Virus record (IMG/VR): IMGVR_UViG_3300018080_000222
Span: 1-54,119 of that record
Reading direction: 5' to 3' (one strand)
Length of the DNA stretch: 54,119 nt
Source of the DNA: a virus
Taxonomy: Duplodnaviria > Caudoviricetes
This document shows positions 18,939 to 26,727 of this stretch, piece after piece. A model generated the notes under the pieces. That model saw only the letters and a program-made list of their open reading frames with translations, ran no database searches and had not been told where the DNA came from. The position numbers and the translations under genes are program-made. Every line of letters starts with the position of its first letter. Within the stretch, counting starts at the first letter, position 1.

Positions 18939-18962
18939 TTTATACACCTCTGCTAACTTACA

Positions 18963-19035
18963 AGCTAGGAGTGGGATTCGAACCCACAACCCCCGCTTCA
19001 CAAAAGCGGTGCTCTACCATTTGAGCTACCCCAGC
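18963..19035 (-). tRNA. tRNA-Thr(TGT)
   Basis: GCTGGGG/TCCTAGC acceptor; CCGCT-TTTGTGA-AGCGG (G37); GGTTCGAATCC. Confidence 0.88.
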
Positions 19036-19039
19036 ACTC

Positions 19040-19339
19040 TTAAAATCCACACTGCTTACCGTATTCTTCCCAGATTGCCTTCCGGAAATCTCTGGGCAAT
19101 CCCCAAAGAGCATCGACAAGCGACCTCTTCCTGCCAGTAGCTCGACAGAAATTATCATTAGGATGACAAACTGCCATTCCATCATTCGCCAATTTCCCAT
19201 CGATCAGTAATACGGCAGATGAACATCTTCGTGATTCATCTGTAACGATACCAGTTCGTCCCTCTACCTCGCCTGGCTTAAGACGACCATGGTAAAAACG
19301 TATTTCGGCTTTACATCCATCATGCGTAACTCTTAGCAT
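19040..19339 (-). CDS. Hypothetical phage protein
   Basis: AVCHPNDNFCRATGRKRSL-type motif. Confidence 0.6.
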   Translation of the reverse strand: MLRVTHDGCKAEIRFYHGRLKPGEVEGRTGIVTDESRRCSSAVLLIDGKLANDGMAVCHPNDNFCRATGRKRSLVDALWGLPRDFRKAIWEEYGKQCGF

Positions 19340-19683
19340 CCTTCTTCTCCATTTTCCAACTCTCTTTTCAAAACCTCACAAAGTTCTTCAACCGATGTAT
19401 AAACCGGTTTACCTAGTTGCTTGGCTAACTCTACTTCTTGGGTAGCCCCCTTGGAAGGACCGGCCAATCTTAGGACAATATCACATTGCCTAACCCACTC
19501 CATACACATATCCATCCACGTATGATAATTCTGCGGATGAACAAAATGCCAAAAATGAAACAAGTGTGGTACGAATGGAGCACAGTCAAACTCCACCAAA
19601 CGATTAGCAGCATCGATAGCTGCCCTGACGTTCAGGATAGTATCTCCCTCAGTATATGGTCCTGCTATGTAAACCTTGTACAT
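19333..19683 (-). CDS. DUF4406/DUF1937-like nucleoside 2-deoxyribosyltransferase-fold protein
   Basis: Start reassigned to MYKVYIAGPY (AGAGGAG RBS); CDIVLRLAGPSKGATQEVELA. Confidence 0.75.
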   Translation of the reverse strand: MYKVYIAGPYTEGDTILNVRAAIDAANRLVEFDCAPFVPHLFHFWHFVHPQNYHTWMDMCMEWVRQCDIVLRLAGPSKGATQEVELAKQLGKPVYTSVEELCEVLKRELENGEEGC

Positions 19684-19700
19684 TGAATCTTCTCCTCTAA

Positions 19701-19851
19701 TGGCTACGGGCTGGATTCGACCAGCAGTTCCCTGTTGCTTGCGGCAACTTTCGTTCATAGGTCCTAAAACTTGAACTTGGCAGTTTTGTGGGAACACCCC
19801 GCCAAAGCCGACTATCTGTCGAGTGTCGCCCTAACAAGACACACCGCAGCC
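19701..19851 (-). ncRNA. tRNA-like RNA with ~82-nt multi-hairpin variable region
   Basis: 8-bp end stem GGCTGCGG/CCGTAGCC, D-like arm TGTC/GACA, stem TCGAC/GTCGG, T-like arm GCTGG-TCGAAT-CCAGC. Confidence 0.55.
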
Positions 19852-19990
19852 TAGTCCAGGAATAGGGGGCCTCGCACTCCCCTCGGTGGTCACTATTCCG
19901 GCGTTCACCACTAACTACCGCGACTTCGGTTTCAGCACAATTTCTTGCGAGCCCATTGCTCGCTCATGCTCTCTCTAGTGTCGCCTAGAG
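19852..19990 (-). ncRNA. Structured non-coding segment between tRNA-Asp and the tRNA-like RNA
   Basis: Consecutive helices CTCTAG/CTAGAG, GCGAGC/GCTCGC, ACCG/CGGT, GGAATAG/CTATTCC, GGGG/CCCC; no credible ORF. Confidence 0.4.
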
Positions 19991-19996
19991 TTAGAT

Positions 19997-20069
19997 CGAC
20001 GATGATGGGATTCGAACCCACATCTCCTGGATCGACAGTCCGGGGCTCTACCAGTTAAGCTACATCGCC
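19997..20069 (-). tRNA. tRNA-Asp(GTC)
   Basis: GGCGATG/CATCGTC-G acceptor; CCGGA-CTGTCGA-TCCAG; GGTTCGAATCC. Confidence 0.88.
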
Positions 20070-20342
20070 ATTCTCTCGTATCTTTTCGTCCTCATAGGTG
20101 CTCATGTGTCTACGACGAAACTCAGCAGCAGCTTCGGTCATCGCAGACATAACAACGGCCATCCTGGCATATGATCTTTTGCCGCCAGTTTCCTGATTCG
20201 TGAGGAGCTTGGCGAGACGGAAAAGGATATAGTTAAGCTCTCCACCAACTGAGCCATCGCTTTCCCTCGTATTAAGAATATCTGCGAGTCTATCAATCAG
20301 TGGATCATATTTGTCTCGCTCTGGTTTCTTGATATATGGCAT
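20055..20342 (-). CDS. Conserved phage protein (MPYI...GELNY family)
   Basis: MPYIK...GELNY...EFRRR...YEDEKIRENGDV. Confidence 0.7.
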   Translation of the reverse strand: MPYIKKPERDKYDPLIDRLADILNTRESDGSVGGELNYILFRLAKLLTNQETGGKRSYARMAVVMSAMTEAAAEFRRRHMSTYEDEKIRENGDVA

Positions 20343-20974
20343 TATTGTTTAGTCTTTCTTTTTTGTCCAGGTACAACGGATAGGGCCTCTTCGACAGACC
20401 ATCCTGCCGCCAACCTATATTGAATAGTACCCACTTTTATTCCAATATCATCTGACCATTTGGTTATACATTGTGTCTTGCCCCCATATGTTAACACATG
20501 ATTATTCCTTCTGTTGGATTGCTGTTCTTTTCTGGTAGCCCACCTACAATTTTCTGGACAATAATTGCCATTGTTATCTATCCGATCCAGAGAACGTCCT
20601 TCGGGACGCTCTCCCATATCTGCCAAGAAGTTTTCAAATTTAAGCCATCTTCGGCAAACGACAATCCCGCGACCACCGTAATCTTTGTACTGTTGGTATA
20701 TGCGATTAGTACATCTTTGGATCATGTGATCCCATGATTTATAGGTACCAGATATTTGTCCCGTACTGTGCCCATGTCGAGTCATGATGTCCTTATGGAA
20801 GCAACCACAACTATTAGTGTGTCCATTAACCAAATGACTGCCTGCGACAACGGTCGTTTGGCCACAGTGGCACTCACATAACCACATAGAATTTCCACGG
20901 CTATTGTTGGAAACCCTTTCCACAACAGTCAAGCGTCCGAACTTATCACCGATTAATCTCAGGGGTTTAGACAT
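20342..20974 (-). CDS. HNH homing endonuclease
   Basis: GDKFGRLTVV..WLCECHCG; YGGRGI..DRIDNNGNYCPENCRWAT. Confidence 0.85.
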   Translation of the reverse strand: MSKPLRLIGDKFGRLTVVERVSNNSRGNSMWLCECHCGQTTVVAGSHLVNGHTNSCGCFHKDIMTRHGHSTGQISGTYKSWDHMIQRCTNRIYQQYKDYGGRGIVVCRRWLKFENFLADMGERPEGRSLDRIDNNGNYCPENCRWATRKEQQSNRRNNHVLTYGGKTQCITKWSDDIGIKVGTIQYRLAAGWSVEEALSVVPGQKRKTKQ

Positions 20975-21951
20975 TAGGATTTTGCCAGATATCTGTTGCC
21001 AACTACCTTCAACTTTAATCTACCGATCTTGGGAGAACTTCGTTCCGTCGGTAGAGACACGACTACTCCCTCCCGATGATGATTGGCTCCTGGATAGGCA
21101 GAATCTTCTTCTGCCATCGCTAAAACCTTCTCCTTAATATATGGTCCTCTGTATAAAAACGGCACCCATGGGAGAGCACTACCAATATCCCTTGCTTCAT
21201 CAAAATCAAGCCAACGATTACCCTGTAATAAATCAAAAGCCGCCACGAAAACCCTGCCGTTCATAGAACCATATTTAAGGTTTTGGACATTCCCGAAAAC
21301 TTCGGCATATATAGTTATTCCCTGATTGTGCCTACACCATGCGTCTAAGACCGGATAGTTGTAGAAGGCTTTCCACCATAAGTTGTCCTTGTCCTCGGCC
21401 TTCCACTGTTTGCGAGACCCACAATACATCTTGTCGTTAACACAAACAAAACGCGCAGAAGCCCCGTGAAGCTTCTCGGACAAACATATCTCTTCACCAT
21501 CCTCTAGTAAATAGGAATATTTTCTAAAATTTGGTACATCATATACCGGATAGAAACCATCTGGTCCAGCAATGTTCTCGACAGAATCTTTCTTTAGCGG
21601 ATTATTCGGTCCCATGCTGCATCGGATAGGTGGCTCATAGTGTTCGATACCAAGCTGTTCCATACAGTCATCGCCGACTTGGGCTCCGGGTGGTGCAGGA
21701 ATCAATAGCCCCATGGACCATTCGCCCCTGAGCCTACGAGCCTTAATGCGACGATTGCCATTCAGAAAAGCAAAATCTGGCGTATCTGGTACTATGCTGT
21801 CGGGCTCAATGTATACAGCAAGATCGCCGTCTCTCCAGTCATCGGTTCGAACTGCACACTGGAAATCATCAACCATGACCAAACTCAAAGAGTCGGCATT
21901 CGGATGAGGCTCTAGTTTGACCCGGACCACCTCGGCAGTATGTTCTAGCAT
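20974..21951 (-). CDS. ATP-dependent RNA ligase (DRB0094/Rnl5-like) with N-terminal OB fold
   Basis: EPHPNADSL..GDLAVYIEPDS..LRGEWSMGLL; motif I EKLHG; AEVFG, FD, REGVV, KLKVV..YL. Confidence 0.88.
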   Translation of the reverse strand: MLEHTAEVVRVKLEPHPNADSLSLVMVDDFQCAVRTDDWRDGDLAVYIEPDSIVPDTPDFAFLNGNRRIKARRLRGEWSMGLLIPAPPGAQVGDDCMEQLGIEHYEPPIRCSMGPNNPLKKDSVENIAGPDGFYPVYDVPNFRKYSYLLEDGEEICLSEKLHGASARFVCVNDKMYCGSRKQWKAEDKDNLWWKAFYNYPVLDAWCRHNQGITIYAEVFGNVQNLKYGSMNGRVFVAAFDLLQGNRWLDFDEARDIGSALPWVPFLYRGPYIKEKVLAMAEEDSAYPGANHHREGVVVSLPTERSSPKIGRLKLKVVGNRYLAKS

Positions 21952-22319
21952 TATCCCTCTCCCGACTCAGTTCCGGTAAATATGCCTTGGATGATCTCTC
22001 CCCCTAGACCGACCAGCTTGAGGTGTTTTTTGTTTAGCAAACGGCAACATCTATTAAACTGATCCAATATTTCTTCGTGAGATAATGCTTTCCATTCATC
22101 CAATACTCTGGCATCACGATATGCCGAGAAACACTTTATTGGATATCCATCTTCACCGGTCATAATACATAGGAGCAAATCGGACTCAGTTTCGTTCTCG
22201 AACCAAGACTCTTCTACTACCGAGATATCGGGTCTGAACGTCCAAATGTAACAGATATTGTTGCCATCCCGGTCTCTCATGGCACCATTGGATGGTCTCA
22301 GGAAGAGATTAGCCATCAT
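21951..22319 (-). CDS. Hypothetical protein
   Basis: 122 aa, translationally coupled. Confidence 0.55.
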   Translation of the reverse strand: MMANLFLRPSNGAMRDRDGNNICYIWTFRPDISVVEESWFENETESDLLLCIMTGEDGYPIKCFSAYRDARVLDEWKALSHEEILDQFNRCCRLLNKKHLKLVGLGGEIIQGIFTGTESGEG

Positions 22320-22663
22320 TCATCGCCTTTGTCGCTACCAAATACATCAGGTCCAACTCTGGGCTTTGGGACATCTTTGCTGTCTCGCACCCATCGTTGT
22401 GGGTTGATTTCTTCTATCGGCAGATTGGGTGGTTCAACATGATCTAATGGACGCTTGGCCGGATGGATAATTGTATCTGGTCCGGCACATCCTTGGCACA
22501 TAGTCAGAGACGTTGGCGATGGAAGTTTCTCAAGTTCACCCAATACAAACCCAAGTACCGAAGCCAACTCACTGACCAAAACCTTCGGATGCTTAGTCCC
22601 AGTAGACTTACTGATGTCTGCTAGCTTCTTTTTCGCTGACTCTAAATTCATCTCTACCTCCAT
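22316..22663 (-). CDS. Hypothetical protein
   Basis: 115 aa (start may be MNLES at 22651). Confidence 0.5.
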   Translation of the reverse strand: MEVEMNLESAKKKLADISKSTGTKHPKVLVSELASVLGFVLGELEKLPSPTSLTMCQGCAGPDTIIHPAKRPLDHVEPPNLPIEEINPQRWVRDSKDVPKPRVGPDVFGSDKGDE

Positions 22664-23165
22664 CCGTTATGTACGGCAATTCACGACACAGGCCATCCCT
22701 ATCTAGTCCGTAACCGAATACAAATTTGTCCGGTATGTCGAACCCAACGAAATTGGCCACAACACCATTGGTCGCCTTACCCGGTTTCCTTAACAATACT
22801 GCCGTCGTAATATCTTCTGGATTAGAAAATCTGAGTTCCTTCTTGACTACACTTAGTGTAACGCCGGTATCCAGAATATCATCTATTAACAGGACTCTGG
22901 TACCGAATAGTGAGGTAATCGGTTCGGCAATAATCTTCGGCATCTGGGGAACAGTAGCTAGACCAGGATAAGTAGATGTCCTGATAAAATCAATCTGGAC
23001 TTCGGTTTTCATCTTTCTGATCAGGTCAGTCATGAAAAAGAGGGCACCAGACAGAACTCCGATTACGACAATAGGTCTTCGCTCGTTCCTGTAATAGTCA
23101 TCAACCCTACCAGCCATTGCCGCGATTCTAGCTTGGATTTGATCTGCGCTGATAAGCTCTCTCAT
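22608..23165 (-). CDS. hpt: Hypoxanthine-guanine phosphoribosyltransferase
   Basis: GVLSGALFFMTDL, PRPP motif VLLIDDILDTGVT, FVFGYGLD..RELPYI; start MRELIS (ATGA overlap). Confidence 0.92.
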   Translation of the reverse strand: MRELISADQIQARIAAMAGRVDDYYRNERRPIVVIGVLSGALFFMTDLIRKMKTEVQIDFIRTSTYPGLATVPQMPKIIAEPITSLFGTRVLLIDDILDTGVTLSVVKKELRFSNPEDITTAVLLRKPGKATNGVVANFVGFDIPDKFVFGYGLDRDGLCRELPYITDGGRDEFRVSEKEASRHQ

Positions 23166-23443
23166 AAGTCCAGCCTTATCTTTCGAATACAACCGATAGC
23201 CCTATAAACAGCCTTCTTCAGCCTGGCAACGTGTCCGTCAACCGAACAATTCTCTGGGTCTGTATTGACCGGCAATTTGGTCCATCTGCTCTTGATCACT
23301 ATGCCGTCTAGCGTTATAACGATATCAGCCTGTCGCTGTAAAAAATCATCTTCAGTGTCCTTGAAGTCGCTATCGACTATCAGGATTTTCCCGGTAATCA
23401 TTCGGGCCTTTATTCGTTTAACGCCCTCTAGCTTGTGGTACAT
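23162..23443 (-). CDS. Hypothetical protein
   Basis: 93 aa, coupled to hpt. Confidence 0.55.
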   Translation of the reverse strand: MYHKLEGVKRIKARMITGKILIVDSDFKDTEDDFLQRQADIVITLDGIVIKSRWTKLPVNTDPENCSVDGHVARLKKAVYRAIGCIRKIRLDL

Positions 23444-23446
23444 ATC

Positions 23447-23593
23447 TTAGTAGTCGTTTACCTGACTCTGTATGCCGGAATCGTGACGCTCATGGGAATA
23501 ATTGCCAGTTGATGCGCAACCCAAAAGGGTAGCAGCCAACATCACAATTGCACCAACCACTATAATGGTTGGAAGAACATTTCTTAGCTCCAT
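23447..23593 (-). CDS. 48-aa lipoprotein (not in ORF track)
   Basis: MELRNVLPTIIVVGAIVMLAATLLGCASTGNYSHERHDSGIQSQVNDY; LLGC lipobox; GGAG RBS; first gene after a class M promoter. Confidence 0.65.
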   Translation of the reverse strand: MELRNVLPTIIVVGAIVMLAATLLGCASTGNYSHERHDSGIQSQVNDY

Positions 23594-23639
23594 TTCTTTT
23601 CTCCAAAACAGACCATGTCAAGTTTGTCTCGACTACTAC

Positions 23640-23667
23640 GTTATACGTTGAAACCCGGTGCTTGTTC
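23640..23667 (-). promoter_or_regulatory. Class M promoter GAACA-N15-CGTATAAC
   Basis: Motif copy with exact spacing. Confidence 0.7.
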
Positions 23668-23681
23668 TCAAAAAAGCCAGA

Positions 23682-24155
23682 TTATTTTTTTCTTGTAGCG
23701 GCTTTTCTGTATTTCCGAACCGGTGTCGTAAGAGCCTTGTCTATAGACCAATTATACCTATATATTCTGTCATAAATAGCAGCGTATGGAATACCAGTTT
23801 TCTCGGACCACTCAAGCAATAGCACAGTAACCCCACCGTACGTTAGGTAGATATTATTTCTTCTGTTCCTATTGTTCTCGCGAGAAGTGACCCAACGACA
23901 ATTTTCGCAAAAATATCCTTTGCTATTATCAAGGCGATCTATTTGTAGGCCCGGTTCCCACCGGTCTCCCATATCTTCTTTAAAGTTATCAAACCTTAGC
24001 CAACTGTCACATACCGTAATGCCTCTCCCTCCATAGTTTGCATAATCTTTGTCTTTTGGGTTAGCGCATCTTTGTAGCATATTATGCCACGATTCATATA
24101 ATCCGGTTGTCGTACCTTTTCTGGCATGGCCATGCCTGATATTTTTTACAGACAT
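23682..24155 (-). CDS. HNH homing endonuclease (paralog of 20342..20974)
   Basis: YGGRGITVC..IDRLDNSKGYFCENCRWVT. Confidence 0.85.
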   Translation of the reverse strand: MSVKNIRHGHARKGTTTGLYESWHNMLQRCANPKDKDYANYGGRGITVCDSWLRFDNFKEDMGDRWEPGLQIDRLDNSKGYFCENCRWVTSRENNRNRRNNIYLTYGGVTVLLLEWSEKTGIPYAAIYDRIYRYNWSIDKALTTPVRKYRKAATRKK

Positions 24156-24168
24156 ATCTAAATACTCC

Positions 24169-24489
24169 CTATCGTAGTGTCATACAGAATATAACCCACC
24201 ATCCGACCAAAAATAAGCAAACCGAGAGTCCGAATACTGAAACTGCTACACTCCATCGATAATCCTTGTGTCTAATAATATACACCATTAGGATGCAAGA
24301 CACCAAAGTGACAGTCAGCTTGAATGTTACCAGACCTACTGTGCCGTGGGTTTCCCAAATGTATTCTGCTACTGGGTTGGCTTCCTCGAAGTGTTCGACA
24401 TGACGATCACAATATAAAGTGGCACCTAAATCACAGATAGAAACCAACAAGACAATAGTTGGCAGGATGAGGTACCAATATCTTTTCAT
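24169..24489 (-). CDS. Membrane protein (DUF5658-like)
   Basis: Three hydrophobic segments; D...T...EANP...K motif. Confidence 0.7.
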   Translation of the reverse strand: MKRYWYLILPTIVLLVSICDLGATLYCDRHVEHFEEANPVAEYIWETHGTVGLVTFKLTVTLVSCILMVYIIRHKDYRWSVAVSVFGLSVCLFLVGWWVIFCMTLR

Positions 24490-24501
24490 CGATTATCCAA
24501 T

Positions 24502-24530
24502 AAAAAGAGGGGACCGTCTTTCAGGTCCCC
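24502..24530 (-). terminator. Rho-independent terminator
   Basis: GGGGACC-TGAAAGAC-GGTCCCC-TCTTTTT. Confidence 0.75.
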
Positions 24531-24602
24531 GTTCTAAGGTAGCGAAACGACGCGCAAGGATGGCGTAACTAACTTTCGACGCCTGCTATTTGCCTCGTTC
24601 CA
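24502..24602 (-). ncRNA. Candidate ~100-nt small RNA or regulatory leader
   Basis: Between a class L promoter and a terminator; rod GAACGA/TCGTTT, GCAA/TTGC, GGCGT/ACGCC. Confidence 0.45.
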
Positions 24603-24607
24603 TATAA

Positions 24608-24617
24608 TTATACACCA
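24608..24617 (-). promoter_or_regulatory. Class L promoter TGGTGTATAA
   Basis: Exact motif, formed by the last codons (G-V-stop) of the upstream ORF. Confidence 0.6.
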
Positions 24618-24769
24618 CTGTCGTTACGAAATACCCCCAGAGCATCCTGCTTCCATTTAGGCCACTTTCTCCATATTTCGGTTGCCTTGTCTAGGGTTCG
24701 GAGGATAGATTTTTTCTTTTCTTCTCGGCTCTTACGACAGTTATCGCAAGCACATTTACAATCGCACAT
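24608..24769 (-). CDS. Small Cys-rich basic protein
   Basis: Start reassigned to MCDCKCACDNC (GAGAGG RBS). Confidence 0.45.
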   Translation of the reverse strand: MCDCKCACDNCRKSREEKKKSILRTLDKATEIWRKWPKWKQDALGVFRNDSGV

Positions 24770-25133
24770 ACAGCCTCTCCCTACCCAAATACCCACTGAG
24801 ATTTTCATGGGTTTTATCCTTGATGACCTTTTCGATGTCCTGCGGTGTTTTCTCAACCGGTCCAACTATAGACAAACAGTCTATCTTCACAAAATGTTCG
24901 GTGGTAGCATTATGATCTTCTAAGTACGATATTGCCTCATCAACAGACACAATAGTCCAGTGTCCTTCTCTAATCATATGATCTGCATATCCTGGATAGT
25001 CTATGGAGACTTTGGCCTGCTCTATTTTCCCATCCATTCGAACTGTGTAACATTTTCTTTCTGATTCTACGACTACCAACAGCGTCCTTTCCCAATCGTC
25101 GCGGCTGCTGCGATAAATGAGTGGATATTCCAT
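24756..25133 (-). CDS. Hypothetical protein (paralog of N-terminus of 25134..25757)
   Basis: PLIYR...EAISYLEDHNATTEHF. Confidence 0.6.
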   Translation of the reverse strand: MEYPLIYRSSRDDWERTLLVVVESERKCYTVRMDGKIEQAKVSIDYPGYADHMIREGHWTIVSVDEAISYLEDHNATTEHFVKIDCLSIVGPVEKTPQDIEKVIKDKTHENLSGYLGRERLYVRL

Positions 25134-25757
25134 CTAATCATCTCCCCCAAATGCACGTCGTAAGTTATCATCCCGTTGCTTCTTAAGTCTTGCATCTACG
25201 TCGTGAGAATTAGGATGGCGTCCGTAGTCTTCTAGGTTCCTCAAAACCCAATCTTGTTCGAGAGTATGGACTGATCCGCAACAACACATTCCCTGGATAA
25301 CATCGCATGGGTCATTGGACAAATAGAATCTTGGGGGCCAGTGGGACGGATACGAGATAGTTTCAGTACCCGTTGCTAGTTCCTGGCAATCTACACATAT
25401 CTTAGAATTGGGTGCTTGCTTATTCTTCTGACAACTGATACAGATTCCAGCCTTCAGTGGCATTGACTCCTCCTGTTTGCTAAAACATTCAAGTTTTTTG
25501 AACGATTCTGTCGGAACATTATGATCTTCTAGGTATTGCAAAGCTTCTTGGAATGATAATGATAACCAGGTTCCCATATTGATATTAAAAGTTATGCGCA
25601 ATACTTCCTGTTGCGGGATATTTGAAAATATTCTAAGATGTCCATCCCTCTTAAGGTGATATACCGTATCGGTAGAATAAAGAACACAAAAGACAATATC
25701 TCCCCAGAGTGTTTCATCTTTACCACGGTAAATCAATGGGCAAGTTGGCTTATTCAC
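25134..25757 (-). CDS. Hypothetical protein with Cys-rich C-terminus
   Basis: PLIYR...EALQYLEDHNVPTESF; CISC..CVDC; PCD..CCCG..H. Confidence 0.6.
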   Translation of the reverse strand: MNKPTCPLIYRGKDETLWGDIVFCVLYSTDTVYHLKRDGHLRIFSNIPQQEVLRITFNINMGTWLSLSFQEALQYLEDHNVPTESFKKLECFSKQEESMPLKAGICISCQKNKQAPNSKICVDCQELATGTETISYPSHWPPRFYLSNDPCDVIQGMCCCGSVHTLEQDWVLRNLEDYGRHPNSHDVDARLKKQRDDNLRRAFGGDD

Positions 25758-25845
25758 GTTCCTCTACCTTAAACTCAAAAACCTCATCGGCTAGCTTTGA
25801 CAACAGTTCTTCTCCTGTTGGTCAAATGTGCCCTTTTCCACTACT

Positions 25846-25873
25846 GTTATACGATGAAACAGCCTACTTGTTC
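25846..25873 (-). promoter_or_regulatory. Class M promoter GAACA-N15-CGTATAAC
   Basis: Motif copy with exact spacing. Confidence 0.7.
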
Positions 25874-25892
25874 AAAAAATTTTAACAATTAG

Positions 25893-26705
25893 TCAGGTTT
25901 TGTCTTTATCGGCACATAGATCGATTTCAGCTTGTGGCAGGGTTCCGCCATTAATGTGTCTTCCAAAGTTACAATTGTGACAAAGGACTCTGAAGCCTTC
26001 CGGGAAGTTATTATCAACCAACCACTTATAGAACGTTGATCCATATTTATTGATTTGTTTCCGATGACTATTGCCCTCACCATCGTTTATGTGATCTATC
26101 GCTAAGCACTCGGGCCTACTCTCTCCGCAGTGAACACATTTGCCCCCATAATGTTCGATAACAATAGCCCGACGCTGTTCCCGCCTAGATTTGTCCTTAG
26201 CCTGAGTTGGTGATCCTTTGTACCAATCATTTCGCTTGTCGATGCAGGTTTGGCATCGTTTGCCTTTACCAGCCGGATGGTTTTTGCCACACTGAGAACA
26301 AAGGCCGCTTCGCGAATTACAGTCTCGCTTATCTTTCTGGAGAGAAGCCCGTCTATCTGCACATTGCTGGCAAGTGTTTTTGCCGGGGACAGCCTGCCTG
26401 GAGCAGAAAACACATTGACCTTCAGATTTTCTGGTAGCATACCTCTTAACATGCGCGTTGTGGCTATATTCGGATGCATTGGACCTGCAAGTTTCGCAGA
26501 GACGAGAAGAACCAACCGGAGGGTTTTCCCCACAGTTGGTACAAAGATTAGCCTTAATCTTTTTCTGTCTATGTCTCTCGGTTTTTTCAGCCGCCTTCTT
26601 AAGACAATACTCACACATTTTTCGCCCAGGTTTATTGGGCCTGCCATCGCGAGGGCACAGATCGTGCTCTTTTCGATAAGCCAATGTCTTTGGATCAGTT
26701 GCCAT
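25893..26705 (-). CDS. HNH endonuclease with four tandem zinc-ribbon repeats
   Basis: Repeated C-x2-C...C-x2-C units; YGGKCVHCG..LAIDHIN..VLCHNCN; start reassigned to MATDP (GAAGGAG RBS). Confidence 0.8.
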   Translation of the reverse strand: MATDPKTLAYRKEHDLCPRDGRPNKPGRKMCEYCLKKAAEKTERHRQKKIKANLCTNCGENPPVGSSRLCETCRSNASEYSHNAHVKRYATRKSEGQCVFCSRQAVPGKNTCQQCADRRASLQKDKRDCNSRSGLCSQCGKNHPAGKGKRCQTCIDKRNDWYKGSPTQAKDKSRREQRRAIVIEHYGGKCVHCGESRPECLAIDHINDGEGNSHRKQINKYGSTFYKWLVDNNFPEGFRVLCHNCNFGRHINGGTLPQAEIDLCADKDKT

Positions 26706-26727
26706 AACCATATCTCCTTCTATGTGT

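Noticed and set aside
18940-18948. Additional class L promoter (AGGTGTATAA)
   Set aside because: Coincides with the RBS and lies only 2 nt from the ATG; probably incidental
19701-19990. tmRNA, RNase P, SRP or theta/HDV-like ribozyme
   Set aside because: No G3-U70 or tag ORF, no GAGGAAAGTCC, no SRP loop, and no HDV P1/L3 pattern at tRNA 3' ends
24540-24600. c-di-GMP-I riboswitch (GGCAAA...GAAA)
   Set aside because: P2/P3 pairing and GACGCAAAGC-type elements do not match
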